Shown here in pieces: positions 43,961-57,787 of a stretch of 64,000 nucleotides of DNA; positions within the stretch are counted from its first letter, which is position 1; the number at the start of each line of letters is the position of its first letter. The notes beneath the pieces are model-generated. The model was not told the DNA's origin. It saw only the letters and a list, made by a program, of their open reading frames with translations, and did not search any database. The stretch covers positions 15,934,001 through 15,998,000 of the forward strand of contig NC_042998.1 in the NCBI RefSeq assembly GCF_006345805.1. The letters run 5' to 3'. This DNA comes from Octopus sinensis (taxonomy: Eukaryota). The position numbers and the translations under genes were made by a program.

Positions 43961-44244
43961 TTATTTTTATTATTAAGACAACTCATTTGGTTCCAGGCCT
44001 GATCGAGACGAATATCCGCCACAGGGTCACGAAACATTGAGTCGCTTGGAGAGGAATCGAACTGTATTATATAAAGATATATAATAATAATACGTGCAAC
44101 TCCGACTAAATGTGTTCAGTGCACTTTTCATTCATTCTTCTATACACATGTGTATGAATGTGTATAGGTATATATATGTGTGTGTGTGTGTATGAATATA
44201 TTTATAAACAAATATATAAATATATGTAGATAAATAATATATAT

Positions 44245-44305
<61 letters not shown>

Positions 44306-45621
44306 TATACATATATATATGCGTGTTTGTGTGTGTGCATGTGTATGTGTGCGTGTGTCCCTGTATTGGTGTGTGGCTATGTATGTATGTTTTTTAGCCA
44401 CACTCGCACACCTATATCCTCGGATATATTAATGTTCGTTCTCTCAGAATATATTCGCTTGTTATTTACTATTCATATAATACAAACTTTTATGTTCTAT
44501 ATTTATGGTAAGATATTTATTCGTCATTCTACTTTATTTCGATTAATTTTCCCACTAACTTTTCCTCGTGTCCTATAGGTGAATTCAATATTTATCTTGC
44601 CGGATTAGCCGTAGAGTAAATAGTAATAATTATTGTGATATTAGAAATCCCAGAGCTCCAAGCAAACACTGGCTTATTATGATTATCACTTCAAAAAGAA
44701 ACGAGTGTAAAGTAGAATTTAGCTAAGATTAATTGGTCAGTTGTAGGTTCTCGATATTTTACCGTGTTTTTGAACACAAGTTGCACTATGGTATTGTCGG
44801 TGTTTTCATTATGCAAGAATAGCCGAACAAGGCAATACCCTGGAGACTCTTATAGCGTTGTTCAATGAGTGGACATGAAAACCAGAGCTCTATCTCTTTA
44901 ATGCAAATTTTCTTTCTTCTTTATAAAGATGGAAATGTTCTGAACGAAATTAAGATGTTGTGAAATACAAACAGAGATGGAGACAAATAATCAGAAAAAG
45001 AGAAGAATATTGGTAGGCGAGTCGGCATCATTAAATTGTATTCTATAGTGTTCAGATTTCAGAGAAATAAATATAGATTTCTATTATAATGAGATAAATT
45101 CTAGTCTAGGAATATCAGAATTCTTAGACGGCTGAGTGTTTTCGGATTATAAGCACTTTGATATGATTGCCGTGGGGTGGTCAGATAAGCAGTTAGGAGA
45201 AACTGGGTAGCATTGACAGCACATGTGTGGTTAATCATTCTTGCACGAAATCAAATCACCAAACTCATACAAGTACCTCCATCTACCTACGCGACGCGAG
45301 CGGTTGTGCGGTGTCACTTTACTGAAGACTTAAATTTAGACATCAAGCATAATCTTTTGTTTGTGTATCATGGGCAACATTTTCGATTATTTAGAAGACA
45401 TTGTGCAACGTGTAATGAGACACTACATTGCAACATTTAAATCAGGAGTGATCTTCTATGCTCCAATTATTCAAGCGGGTTCGAACAAGACTTAAGTCGA
45501 AGACACAATAAATATTAAATAATAAACAAAAATGATGTAATTCTCAAACTTCATAAATAGAGTCTTCCACAAATATACTCATTTATTTGTAACCACATGA
45601 CAATTTGGAAAAGTCCATATA

Positions 45622-46014
45622 CTAGCAGTATCGCCTGGCGTTGCTCGGGTTTGTAAGGGAAATAACTATATAAGCATTTTTAGAGATGTAAAGTATAATA
45701 GCCATCTCAATATGGCTAACCACAGAGGGGGGTGTTACTGTAGCTTTTTACGTTCTGAGATTTAATAATACATTTTTAGAGAGTTACTTCCCTTATATAT
45801 GCTAAAAATGCATTAAAAATGGAAAAAATTTATGGTAATTTTTTTTTTAAATCGTAGACTCATCGTAGACGCGCGCTAATACCCAGAAGGGCTCGATATG
45901 AATCACGACTATAAGATACCCGGTTTTGGTTAAACTGCACCGCAAAATGTGGGAGTAGTTAGGAATCTAATTCGTAGGAGACAGACAGCACACAACCTCA
46001 CTTTTATATATAAA
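45622..46014 (-). mobile_element. Non-autonomous Helitron
   Basis: Minus strand starts A|TTTATATATAAAAG (TC start mutated to TT) and ends cccgagcaacgccaggcgatactgCTAG|T: GC-rich subterminal imperfect hairpin, CTAG end, A/T target. Confidence 0.75.
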
Positions 46015-46330
46015 TATATCTTCAATATTTCTTCATAATAGAGAAACTTAAGTAATTGTTTGTCAACATCACAATGCTTTTAAGCTTATGATAAATGATA
46101 ACTCTTCCATGGCATTGACCAAATATTGCATATACATAAAGTACTAACACACACGCCCACACAATTGCATACAAGCATACATGAAATGAAAGTTCTGACA
46201 GTTTTTATATGAATATACATATCTCTGTGTGTGCGCTCGTGAGTATATGTGTGTGTCTGCTTGTGTGCATTCGTATATACGTATGTATGCATATATGTAT
46301 GTACATATGTATATGCAAATATATACATAG

Positions 46331-46440
<110 letters not shown>

Positions 46441-46759
46441 TCACATATACATGATTTGCATTCCAAACGTTTTGAGACCTTTTCTTTAAAAAAAGTAGAC
46501 AAAAACTTTTGTAGGTTATTTTAATTTTAGTATATCATTACTTCATATCTAATAAGCTGAGCTGCTAACTTTTGTTATTATAGATTAAGTAAGACAGGTA
46601 ACACAGTACTGCAACTAAACCTACCAAACACTACTTGTCTTACATCAATATCTTGCAATATGCAGTCGCGATGTGAAGACAGTTGAGAAACTCGATACCG
46701 AATGAGATTTTCTGTTAAACTGAGCTAAATCCATACAGAAATGAATTAAATGCTCCTGA

Positions 46760-47310
46760 CGACTTAATGGATTAACTTATGTGAGCCGAGCATCTGTATT
46801 TCGCTAACTCAAGACGCGAGACAAATCAAGTCCACAAAGAAACACATGATGATCCCGTTTATTGACTGCAATTACATCCACTAGTTTCTGTATGGCCAGA
46901 ATATCAACAAAGAGCATTTTGTGGTGGTTTTGAGGAAGGTAAGTAGATTTCGTTGCAAAAACCACGACTACCCGCACCAGATCAATACACTAGTCAATAA
47001 TTCCGTCATGGTAACAAACTACTTGACAGAGATGGGTAGCAAAAATCTTTTTCATCCTCTCTACAATCTAGGTTTTGCTCCGTCTCACTGTGGTTTTTCT
47101 CCAAGCTGAAGGAGATGAAGGAGTCTGCGACATGTGTCCTAGACCTTCTCATTTTGGAGGATCTACCTAGAGTCTTCACGATGCGGCTGGGATGCTGTAA
47201 CTAGTGCAGAGGATCATAATTTGAAGGAGCTCCGAATTAATTTTACTTTTATTGAAATCAATAAATGTATCTTTTCATGGTTTCGAAACTTGTTGGAAAG
47301 CACCCTATGT
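46760..47310 (+). mobile_element. mariner transposase 3' fossil
   Basis: Degenerate GQ.INKE, VTNYLTEMG...HPLYN...AP (HPPYSPDLAP) and a gaaagcaccctatgt terminus. Confidence 0.65.
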
Positions 47311-48532
47311 CTTCAAGAAAATGAATTCTTTCCGTCTGCCGATGGGTCAATATGTGATAGCAATATTCAAGGTGTTGGCATTATTCCATTTTATTTTATC
47401 CTGGAAAACTATTCGTCGAAACACATTCATTCGATCAACAAAAACAAAAATAATAAATAAATAAAATAAAAAAATCAACGAGAGAATTAAATTCCCGTAC
47501 TCTATTTCAAATTACGCTCTAATTTTCAGGTACACATCACCTCTGTAGTACAGGAGATTCACGTATACACACACACGCACACATACTAACATATACACAT
47601 GCATACATACTTATATGTATATGTAAATATACATGTAATTATGTAAATTTTGAGTATATATCTAGTAGTTTGCCGGTAAAGCACATTATTTATACAATTG
47701 TCGCAGGATCTACCTCAGAAATTCATGTGTTCATCGAGTATTTATCAAATGACAGAGACTGAAAATTCGAATATAGGAGAAACTTTGCTGTTCACCATGA
47801 TCATTTCGTCTCATCCTGCATCGATCTCTCGCGGTGTGAGACTGAACAACTGGCTATGACGTATGTCTCGGCACGGAAGCGTTTTGTCCAGTGACTTTGA
47901 AGGGGGTTCCCGTTAATTAAACCCTGTTTTGTTCGGCTTTAATACAGCCTGTTATTTGCGACAGTAGTTCTAAAACCTTAGGCAGAGTTTATTTCATGAG
48001 GTACTCCTTGTAAAATCAACTGACGGGGCTCATCTGGAAGGAGAGATGCACAACTACCTGTTATACAGTATCCCAGCGGCGTGGGATCGATGCAAGTTCG
48101 GCCTAAGCCAAAGGTGCGCAAAATATTTCGGCCGCCGCCCCGCACATGGCCGTATAATACCCGCAGCGCTCCATCTTTATTTTTATGTATAAGTAAATAT
48201 TTTATATTTTAATAATTTATGTATACTATGGGTCATGTGATATTTAATATTTTATATAATTTGTATACAATAATATAATATAATAATAAATTCCAAGCAT
48301 CCCCCCAATCCACTGCCTTCCTCCCAACGCTTCCACTTTTCCCTACTGCCCTCCACCACTCCCACTCCCTGTGGCAGCAGCGCCCACTCTGAGAACCTAT
48401 GGTCGAAACGATCGTTGTGAGCAATCATGTTCCATGTATTTTCCATTTTCTGTCAATATCTCTATCATTTATTTCATATATTATTTATAAACATATACAT
48501 ATATATATGTATCCGTGTGTAAATGGCCGCTA

Positions 48533-49970
48533 TGACTTTAATTCAGATTCTCGGCTGTCAAAGGGTTTTGCAGTCATCGAATACGAGAAATGATTTCTGT
48601 CTAAGTTTCCAACAATGCGCCAGGTATTCCACCACTTTAAGCTCTCAACACTTCACTAGTATCACTGGTGTGTCGAATCCTTCTGCAGGTGGATAAATTA
48701 CTATAATTGTTTTATTTTATTTTTTTATCAGATTAATTTTGCGACCAAATATGTCACTTGAACATTCATAATATGCACGCAGAATATGGAGCGGATACTG
48801 TGAAGATATATTGCTGCTGCGCATGTCATCAACTCTTCAAACGCCTTTGAGGGCTCAAACATCACTGAAGATCTCACGCTAGGAAAGAGTAATTAGTGCA
48901 CACAAAGTCATCAAACTCTACAAGTGCAGAATGTTGACACCCGTGCGCTCACACACACATACAGAGACAAGCATGAACAGGCAAGCGCGCCCACGCGTTC
49001 ACACACAAGGAAACACACGCAAACACGCACACATACATATCACTGATTGATCCTGGAGAACAGTCTCATTTCATTTAAGCTCTCCCAATACCTCAGCAGT
49101 GCTCTTGGGTATTTTCATGATGCAACATGATGCGTTGGGATACATACAGTTCTCAGTTTAATTTGGTGATGCGAACAGATTTGAAAGTGACGAATGAACT
49201 AAGGGCACTTACATATATGTGCATAATTTTATTTACATGCGCACACATACATACTTAAATTTACACACGCACATACACACACATATAGATGGTTATGTAT
49301 ATATGTGTGCGTGTGTGTGAGCGTGTGTATGTTTTGGTAGATAGATAGATAGAGAGAGATCGAAACATGCATACAGACACACAAACATGCATACATACAT
49401 GCAAGCAGGCATACATAAAGCGAAGGAATGTGGGTTTTCAATCCTTAAAAGGACACTGAGAAAACCCATGTAGAATACAGAGAATTTAATCAAGACGTAA
49501 TAAGAGACAATAGCAAGATATATCTTGAAATGTATTTATCAATTTATTATAGGAATGTAATATGAAGTAACTAATTTTTAACGAGTAAATTCTAAAGATG
49601 TATAACTCTGTAATCTCATTTAATATTCATGTGTAGTGTGTGTCTGTTGATGTGTGCGTTTAAATGTATTTGCATTTATGCATATTTGCGCAGTTATATT
49701 TTGGGATATATATTACGTTATATAAATGGGGTTCAGTAAAATAATTTTACTTTACTACACACCGAACTTTTATAAATAGCAGCCAAGAAACCTTACCTAT
49801 TTCTTCTACTGCTATTCTAAAAGTTCGGTGTGTGGTAAACTAAATTATTTTACTGACCCTAATTATATAACGTAATGTTTTAAATATACCGTAAATGGTC
49901 TTTTTACATACTGAACACTACTTGGTAAAATTAATTAATAATTAATTGGTTTTAACCTTTTATTATATGA

Positions 49971-50027
<57 letters not shown>

Positions 50028-50935
50028 TAGGGATGAACGCTTTCCCCGTGCATACAAAAGAAATATTTTAAACACAAATATTTCAAAGAAGACTCCCCTA
50101 TAAACGAGGTTAACCCTACCAGGATAGCGCCTTTTTCTAAACGTGAACACACAGCACACAAACTTTACACAAGAAAGAAAAGTGCCCCTATATCTCACAT
50201 ACACGTAGAAGAACATCATGCTCGAGACATTGCCCGTAACAAAAACAAATAATGCAAAATAATTAACCTCAACATGCAAAAGACAAATATCCAACAGATT
50301 CCACACGAGAGTAATGTCCCTTGATATATTGATTCATTGATTTCTTTACGCAAATTTACGAGAAATCCCATGAACGGATTGAGAATGATTTCCAAAATGG
50401 AGCCGAACACATTTCTCCCTGTGATCGGCTTGAAAAATGGTTAAAACACTAGGATATTTTCCTATTTTACTTAACATAAAAGCAATGGTAGCCTTAATTC
50501 ACAAATAAAGAAATGATATATCTACCAGTGCAGCATTGAGCATTTATTACGTCGCTCGATATTTACGTGTGTATATATATATATATATACACACTGAAGA
50601 ACCTGGCCTGGCAAATATATTCTGTGTGTTTGCTAAAAATAGGTAGAAACCGTTCGGTCTGGGATATAGCTGAGATGGTAAATGTTTTTAATTTTCATTC
50701 CTTTCATTAATTTATCCCTTTTTGTGTTTCTAGCACTACGCTTCCTTATTTGGAAGCCTTTTATTATATTTCTATACGAAAAATATATAGTCTAATGACT
50801 AATTCGTCTTTTGTGCTAGGCCACTGGTAATAATAATTTATTTTATACCTCTTCATTATGTTTATTATATAAGACTATATATATAGATATATATATATCT
50901 ATAATTAATATATATATATATATCTATATATATAT
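48533..50935 (+). repeat. Segmental duplication copy A
   Basis: Near-identical to 52276-54327 apart from a ~325-bp block. Confidence 0.95.
49712..49876. repeat. ~165-bp imperfect hairpin (duplicated at 53130-53296)
   Basis: attacgttatataa...accgaacttttataaatagcag / ctgctattctaaaagttcggt...ttatataacgtaat. Confidence 0.9.
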
Positions 50936-51220
50936 ATAATTTCAACAATTGAGGGTAAAATTAATTAATTCAATTTCACCAAGTGTTCAGTATGCAAAGG
51001 GACCATTTAAGGCGAATTCAAATTATTACATTATATAAAAGGGCTTAGTAAAATAAATTACTTTGCCGCATACTGAACTCATTAGAAATAGCAGCTAAAA
51101 AAAACATTATAAAAACTATTCTAATACTTAAAGAAAACCTCTCTCATATAGTGTTTGCTCAATTCAACTCACGGAAGTATGGGGGGTAGAGACATTAAAA
51201 AATCATATGCAAAGGTTATT

Positions 51221-51273
51221 TGAGAACGTACGTTTCAAGATTAGTCAAAATCGACATTTCTATCATCAGCTCA
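51221..51273 (-). ncRNA. Type I hammerhead motif, unit 1
   Basis: UGAG CUGAUGA U AGA AAU GUC GAUUUU GAC UAA UCU U GAAA CGUACG UU CUCA. Confidence 0.65.
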
Positions 51274-51780
51274 GAACTCCCTGGTTTGGATTTGAAAACA
51301 CTGAAAGTAGGAGCAAACCCCTTCGGCCTCCTATCGCTTCTGAAGATCCGCTCGTAACTAACAGTGCCAACAAACTCCAAAATGCAAGCGAAGAATTTCT
51401 GCTCTCCCCTTTCCACCAGCGTGGGTTAAAATCAGCAAACACTATGCTTTTTTCGGTAAAATCCGAGGCATTTAAATAGAGAGAGATGAATTATAATTTC
51501 AACAATTGAGGGTAAAATTAATTAATTAATCAATTTCACCAAGTGTTCAGTATGCAAAGGGACCATTTAAGGCGAATTCAAATTATTACATTATATAAAA
51601 GGGCTTAGTAAAATAAATTACTTTGCCGCATACTGAACTCATTAGAAATAGCAGCTAAAAAAACATTTATAAAACTATTTCTAATACTTAAAGAAAACCT
51701 GTCTCATATAGTGTTTGCTCAATTCAACTCACGGAAGTATGGGGGGTAGAGACATTAAAAAATCATATGCAAAGGTTATT

Positions 51781-51833
51781 TGAGAACGTACGTTTCAAGA
51801 TTAGTCAAATTCGACATTTCTATCATCAGCTCA
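51781..51833 (-). ncRNA. Type I hammerhead motif, unit 2
   Basis: As unit 1, with one change in the stem II loop. Confidence 0.65.
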
Positions 51834-52275
51834 GAACTCCCTGGTTTGGATTTGAAAACACTGAAAGTAGGAGCATACCCCTTTGGCCTCCTATCGCTTC
51901 TGAAGATCCGCTCGTAACTAACAGTGCCAACAAACTCAAAAATGCAAGCGAAGAATTTCTGCTCTCCCCTTTCCACCAGCGTGGGTTAAAATCAGCAAAC
52001 ACTATGCTTTTTTCGGTAAAATCCGAGGCATTTAAATAGAGAGAGATGAATTATAATTTCAACAATTGAGGGTAAAATTAATTAATTAATCAATTTCACC
52101 AAGTGTTCAGTATGCAAAGGGACCATTTAAGGCGAATTCAAATTATTACATTATATAAAAGGGCTTAGTAAAATAAATTACTTTGCCGCATACTGAACTC
52201 ATTAGAAATAGCAGCTAAAAAAAACATTTATAAAACTATTTCTAATACTTAAAGAAAACCTCTCTCATATAGTGT

Positions 52276-53389
52276 TGACTTTAATTCAGATTCTCGGCTG
52301 TCAAAGGGTTTTGCAGTCATCGAATACGAGAAATGATTTCTGTCTAAGTTTCCAACAATGCGCCAGGTATTCCACCACTTTAAGCTCTCAACACTTCACT
52401 AGTATCACTGGTGTGTCGAATCCTTCTGCAGGTGGATAAATTACTATAATTGTTTTATTTTATTTTTTTATCAGATTAATTTTGCGACCAAATATGTCAC
52501 TTGAACATTCATAATATGCACGCAGAATATGGAGCGGATACTGTGAAGATATATTGCTGCTGCGCATGTCATCAACTCTTCAAACGCCTTTGAGGGCTCA
52601 AACATCACTGAAGATCTCACGCTAGGAAAGAGTAATTAGTGCACACAAAGTCATCAAACTCTACAAGTGCAGAATGTTGACACCCGTGCGCTCACACACA
52701 CATACAGAGACAAGCATGAACAGGCAAGCGCGCCCACGCGTTCACACACAAGGAAACACACGCAAACACGCACACATACATATCACTGATTGATCCTGGA
52801 GAACAGTCTCATTTCATTTAAGCTCTCCCAATACCTCAGCAGTGCTCTTGGGTATTTTCATGATGCAACATGATGCGTTGGGATACATACAGTTCTCAGT
52901 TTAATTTGGTGATGCGAACAGATTTGAAAGTGACGAATGAACTAAGGGCACTTACATATATGTGCATAATTTTATTTACATGCACACACATACATACTTA
53001 CATTTACACACGCACATACACACACATATAGATGGTTATGTATATATGTGTGCGTGTGTGTCTGTTGATGTGTGCGTTTAAATGTATTTGCATTTATGCA
53101 TATTTGCGCAGTTATATTTTGGGATATATATTACGTTATATAAATGGGGTTCAGTAAAATAATTTTACTTTACTACACACCGAACTTTTATAAATAGCAG
53201 CCAAGAAACCTTACCTATTTCTTCTACTGCTATTTCTAAAAGTTCGGTGTGTGGTAAACTAAATTATTTTACTGAACCCTAATTATATAACGTAATGTTT
53301 TAAATATACCGTAAATGGTCTTTTTACATACTGAACACTACTTGGTAAAATTAATTAATAATTAATTGGTTTTACCCTTTTATTATTGA

Positions 53390-53472
<83 letters not shown>

Positions 53473-54327
53473 TAGGGATGAACGCTTTCCCCGTGCATAC
53501 AAAAGAAATATTTTAAACACAAATATTTCAAAGAAGACTCCCCTATAAACGAGGTTAACCCTACCAGGATAGCGCCTTTTTCTAAACGTGAACACACAGC
53601 ACACAAACTTTACACAAGAAAGAAAAGTGCCCCTATATCTCACATACACGTAGAAGAACATCATGCTCGAGACATTGCCCGTAACAAAAAAAAATAATGC
53701 AAAATAATTAACCTCAACATGCAAAGACAAATATCCAACAGATTCCACACGAGAGTAATGTCCCTTGATATATTGATTCATTGATTTCTTTACGCAAATT
53801 ACGAGAAATCCCATGAACGGATTGAGAATGATTTCCAAAATGGAGCCGAACACATTTCTCCCTGTGATCGGCTTGAAAAATGGTTAAAACACTAGGATAT
53901 TTTCCTATTTTACTTAACATAAAAGCAATGGTAGCCTTAATTCACAAATAAAGAAATGATATATCTACCAGTGCAGCATTGAGCATTTATTACGTCGCTC
54001 GATATTTACGTGTGTATTATATATATATATACACACTGAAGAACCTGGCCTGGCAAATATATTCTGTGTGTTTGCTAAAAATAGGTAGAAACCGTTCGGT
54101 CTGGGATATAGCTGAGATGGTAAATGTTTTTAATTTTCATTCCTTCCATTAATTTATCCCTTTGTGTTTTCTAGCACTACGCTTCCTTATTTGGAAGCCT
54201 TTATTATATTTCTATACGAAAAATATAGTCTAATGACTAATTCGTCTTTTGTGCTAGGCCACTGGTAATAATAATTTATTTTATTACCCTATTTGATTAT
54301 GTTTATATATATATATATATATATATA
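52276..54327 (+). repeat. Segmental duplication copy B inserted in the array
   Basis: Starts tgactttaattcagattc (=48533) and lacks ~49318-49640. Confidence 0.95.
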
Positions 54328-54616
54328 ATAATTTCAACAATTGAGGGTAAAATTAATTAATTAATCAATTTCACCAAGTGTTCAGTATGCAAAGGGACCA
54401 TTTAAGGCGAATTCAAATTATTACATTATATAAAAGGGCTTAGTAAAATAAATTACTTTGCCGCATACTGAACTCATTAGAAATAGCAGCTAAAAAAAAC
54501 ATTTATAAAACTATTTCTAATACTTAAAGAAAACCTCTCTCATATAGTGTTTGCTCAATTCAACTCACGGAAGTATGGGGGGTAGAGACATTAAAAAATC
54601 ATATGCAAAGGTTATT

Positions 54617-54669
54617 TGAGAACGTACGTTTCAAGATTAGTCAAAATCGACATTTCTATCATCAGCTCA
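54617..54669 (-). ncRNA. Type I hammerhead motif
   Basis: Identical to unit 1 motif. Confidence 0.65.
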
Positions 54670-55173
54670 GAACTCCCTGGTTTGGATTTGAAAACACTGA
54701 AAGTAGGAGCATACCCCTTCGGCCCCCTATCGCTTCTGAAGATCAGCTCGTAACTAACAGTGCCAACAAACTCCAAAATGCAAGCGAAGAATTTCTGCTC
54801 TCCCCTTTCCACCAGCGTGGGTTAAAATCAGCAAACACTATGCTTTTTTCGGTAAAATCCGAGGCATTTAAATAGAGAGAGATGAATTATAATTTCAACA
54901 ATGAGGTAAAATTAATTAATTAATCAATTTCACCAAGTGTTCAGTATGCAAAGGGACCATTTAAGGCGAATTCAAATTATTACATTATATAAAAGGGCTT
55001 AGTAAAATAAATTACTTGCCGCATACTGAACTCATTAGAAATAGCAGCTAAAAAAACATTTAAAAAACTATTTCTAATACTTAAAGAAAACCTCTCTCAT
55101 ATAGTGTTTGCTCAATTCAACTCACGGAAGTATGGGGGGTAGAGACATTAAAAAATCATATGCAAAGGTTATT

Positions 55174-55226
55174 TGAGAACGTACGTTTCAAGATTAGTCA
55201 AAATCGACATTTCTATCATCAGCTCA
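55174..55226 (-). ncRNA. Type I hammerhead motif
   Basis: Identical to unit 1 motif. Confidence 0.65.
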
Positions 55227-55733
55227 GAACTCCCTGGTTTGGATTTGAAAACACTGAAAGTAGGAGCATACCCCTTCGGCCTCCTATCGCTTCTGAAGAT
55301 CCGCTCGTAACTAACAGTGCCAACAAACTCAAAAATGCAAGCGAAGAATTTCTGCTCTCCCCTTTCCACCAGCGTGGGTTAAAATCAGCAAACACTATGT
55401 TTTTTCGGTAAAATCCGAGGCATTTAAATAGAGAGAGATGAATTATAATTTCAACAATTGAGGGTAAAATTAATTAATTAATCAATTTCACCAAGTGTTC
55501 AGTATGCAAAGGGACCATTTAAGGCGAATTCAAATTATTACATTATATAAAAGGGCATAGTAAAATAAATTACTTTGCCGCATACTGAACTCATTAGAAA
55601 TAGCAGCTAAAAAAAACATTTATAAAACTATTTCTAATACTTAAAGAAAACCTCTCTCATATAGTGTTTGCTCAATTCAACACACGGAAGTATGTGGGGT
55701 AGAGACATTAAAAAATCATATGCAAAGGTTATT

Positions 55734-55786
55734 TGAGAACGTACGTTTCAAGATTAGTCAAAATCGACATTTCTATCATCAGCTCA
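55734..55786 (-). ncRNA. Type I hammerhead motif
   Basis: Identical to unit 1 motif. Confidence 0.65.
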
Positions 55787-56294
55787 GAACTCCCTGGTTT
55801 GGATTTGAAAACACTGAAAGTAGGAGCATACCCCTTCGGCCTCCTATCGCTTCTGAAGATCCGCTCGTAACTAACAGTGCCAACACACTCAAAAATGCAA
55901 GCGAAGAATTTCTGCTCTCCCCTTTCCACCAGCGTGGGTTAAAATCAGCAAACACTATGCTTTTTTCGGTAAAATCCGAGGCATTTAAATAGAGAAAGAT
56001 GAATTATAATTTCAACAATTGAGGGTAAAATTAATTAATTAATCAATTTCACCAAGTGTTCAGTATGCAAAGGGACCATTTAAGGCGAATTCAAATTATT
56101 ACATTATATAAAAGGGCTTAGTAAAATAAATTACTTTGCCGCATACTGAACTCATTAGAAATAGCAGCTAAAAAAAAAATTTATAAAACTATTTCTAATA
56201 CTTAAAGAAAACCTCTCTCATATAGTGTTTGCTCAATTCAACACACGGAAGTATGTGGGGTAGAGACATTAAAAAATCATATGCAAAGGTTATT

Positions 56295-56347
56295 TGAGAA
56301 CGTACGTTTCAAGATTAGTCAAAATCGACATTTCTATCATCAGCTCA
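56295..56347 (-). ncRNA. Type I hammerhead motif
   Basis: Identical to unit 1 motif. Confidence 0.65.
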
Positions 56348-56983
56348 GAACTCCCTGGTTTGGATTTGAAAACACTGAAAGTAGGAGCATACCCCTTCGG
56401 CCTCCTATCGCTTCTGAATATCCGCTCGTAACTAACAGTGCCAACAAACTCAAAAATGCAAGCGAAGAATTTCTGCTCTCCCCTTTCCACCAGCGTGGGT
56501 TAAAATCACAAACACTATGCTTTTTTTATAACACTATGCTTTTTTTATATGAGAGAGGTTTTCTTTAGGTATTAGAAATAGTTTTATAAATGTTTTTTTT
56601 AGCTGCTATTTCTAATGAGTTCAGTATGCGGCAAAGTAATTTATTTTACTAAGCCCTTTTATATAATGTAATAATTTGAATTCGCCTTAAATGGTCCCTT
56701 TGCATACTGAACACTTGGTGAAATTGATTAATTAATTAATTTTACCCTCAATTGTTGAAATTATAATTCATCTCTCTCTATTTAAATGCCTCGGATTTTA
56801 CCGAAAAAAGCATAGCGTTTGCTGATTTTAACCCACGCTGGTGGAAAGGGGAGAGCAGAAATTCTTCGCTTGCATTTTGAAGTTTGTTGGTACTGTTAGT
56901 TACGAGCGGATCTTCAGAAGCGATAGGAGGCCGAAGGGGTATGCTCCTACTTTCAGTGTTTTCAAATCCAAACCAGGGAGTTC

Positions 56984-57036
56984 TGAGCTGATGATAGAAA
57001 TGTCGATTTTGACTAATCTTGAAACGTACGTTCTCA
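56984..57036 (+). ncRNA. Type I hammerhead motif (inverted unit)
   Basis: tgagctgatgatagaaatgtcgattttgactaatcttgaaacgtacgttctca on the + strand. Confidence 0.65.
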
Positions 57037-57542
57037 AATAACCTTTGCATATGATTTTTTAATGTCTTACCCCCCATACTTCCGTGAGTTGAATTGAGCA
57101 AACACTATATGAGAGAGGTTTTCTTTAAGTATTAGAAATAGTTTTATAAATGTTTTTTTAGCTGCTATTTCTAATGAGTTCAGTATGCGGCAAAGTAATT
57201 TATTTTACTAAGCCCTTTTATATAATGTAATAATTTGAATTCGCCTTAAATGGTCCATTTGCATACTGAACACTTGGTGAAATTGATTAATTAATTAATT
57301 TTACCCTCAATTGTTGAAATTATAATTCATCTCTCTCTATTTAAATGCCTCGGATTTTACCGAAAAAAGCATAGTGTTTGCTGATTTTAACCCACGCTGG
57401 AGGAAAGGGGAGAGCAGAAATTCTTCGCTTGCATTTTGGAGTTTGTTGGTACTGTTAGTTACGAGCGGATCTTCAGAAGCGATAGGAGGCCGAAGGGGTA
57501 TGCTCCTACTTTCAGTGTTTTCAAATCCAAACCAGGGAGTTC

Positions 57543-57595
57543 TGAGCTGATGATAGAAATGTCGATTTTGACTAATCTTGAAACGTACGTTCTCA
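57543..57595 (+). ncRNA. Type I hammerhead motif (inverted unit)
   Basis: Same 53-nt motif on the + strand. Confidence 0.65.
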
Positions 57596-57787
57596 AATAA
57601 ACTTTGCATATGATTTTTTAATGTCTCTACCCCCCATACTTCCGTGAGTTGAATTGAGCAAACACTATATGAGAGAGGTTTTCTTTAAGTATTAGAAATA
57701 GTTTTATAAATGTTTTTTTAGCTGCTATTTCTAATGAGTTCAGTATGCGGCAAAGTAATTTATTTTACTAAGCCCTTTTATATAATG

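Noticed and set aside
51207-57609. Repeated 90-aa (MQRLFENV...) and antisense 66-aa (MERGEQKF...) ORFs in the array
   Set aside because: They recur only because the units are near-identical. No recognisable domain, truncated in some copies, and overlapping on opposite strands.
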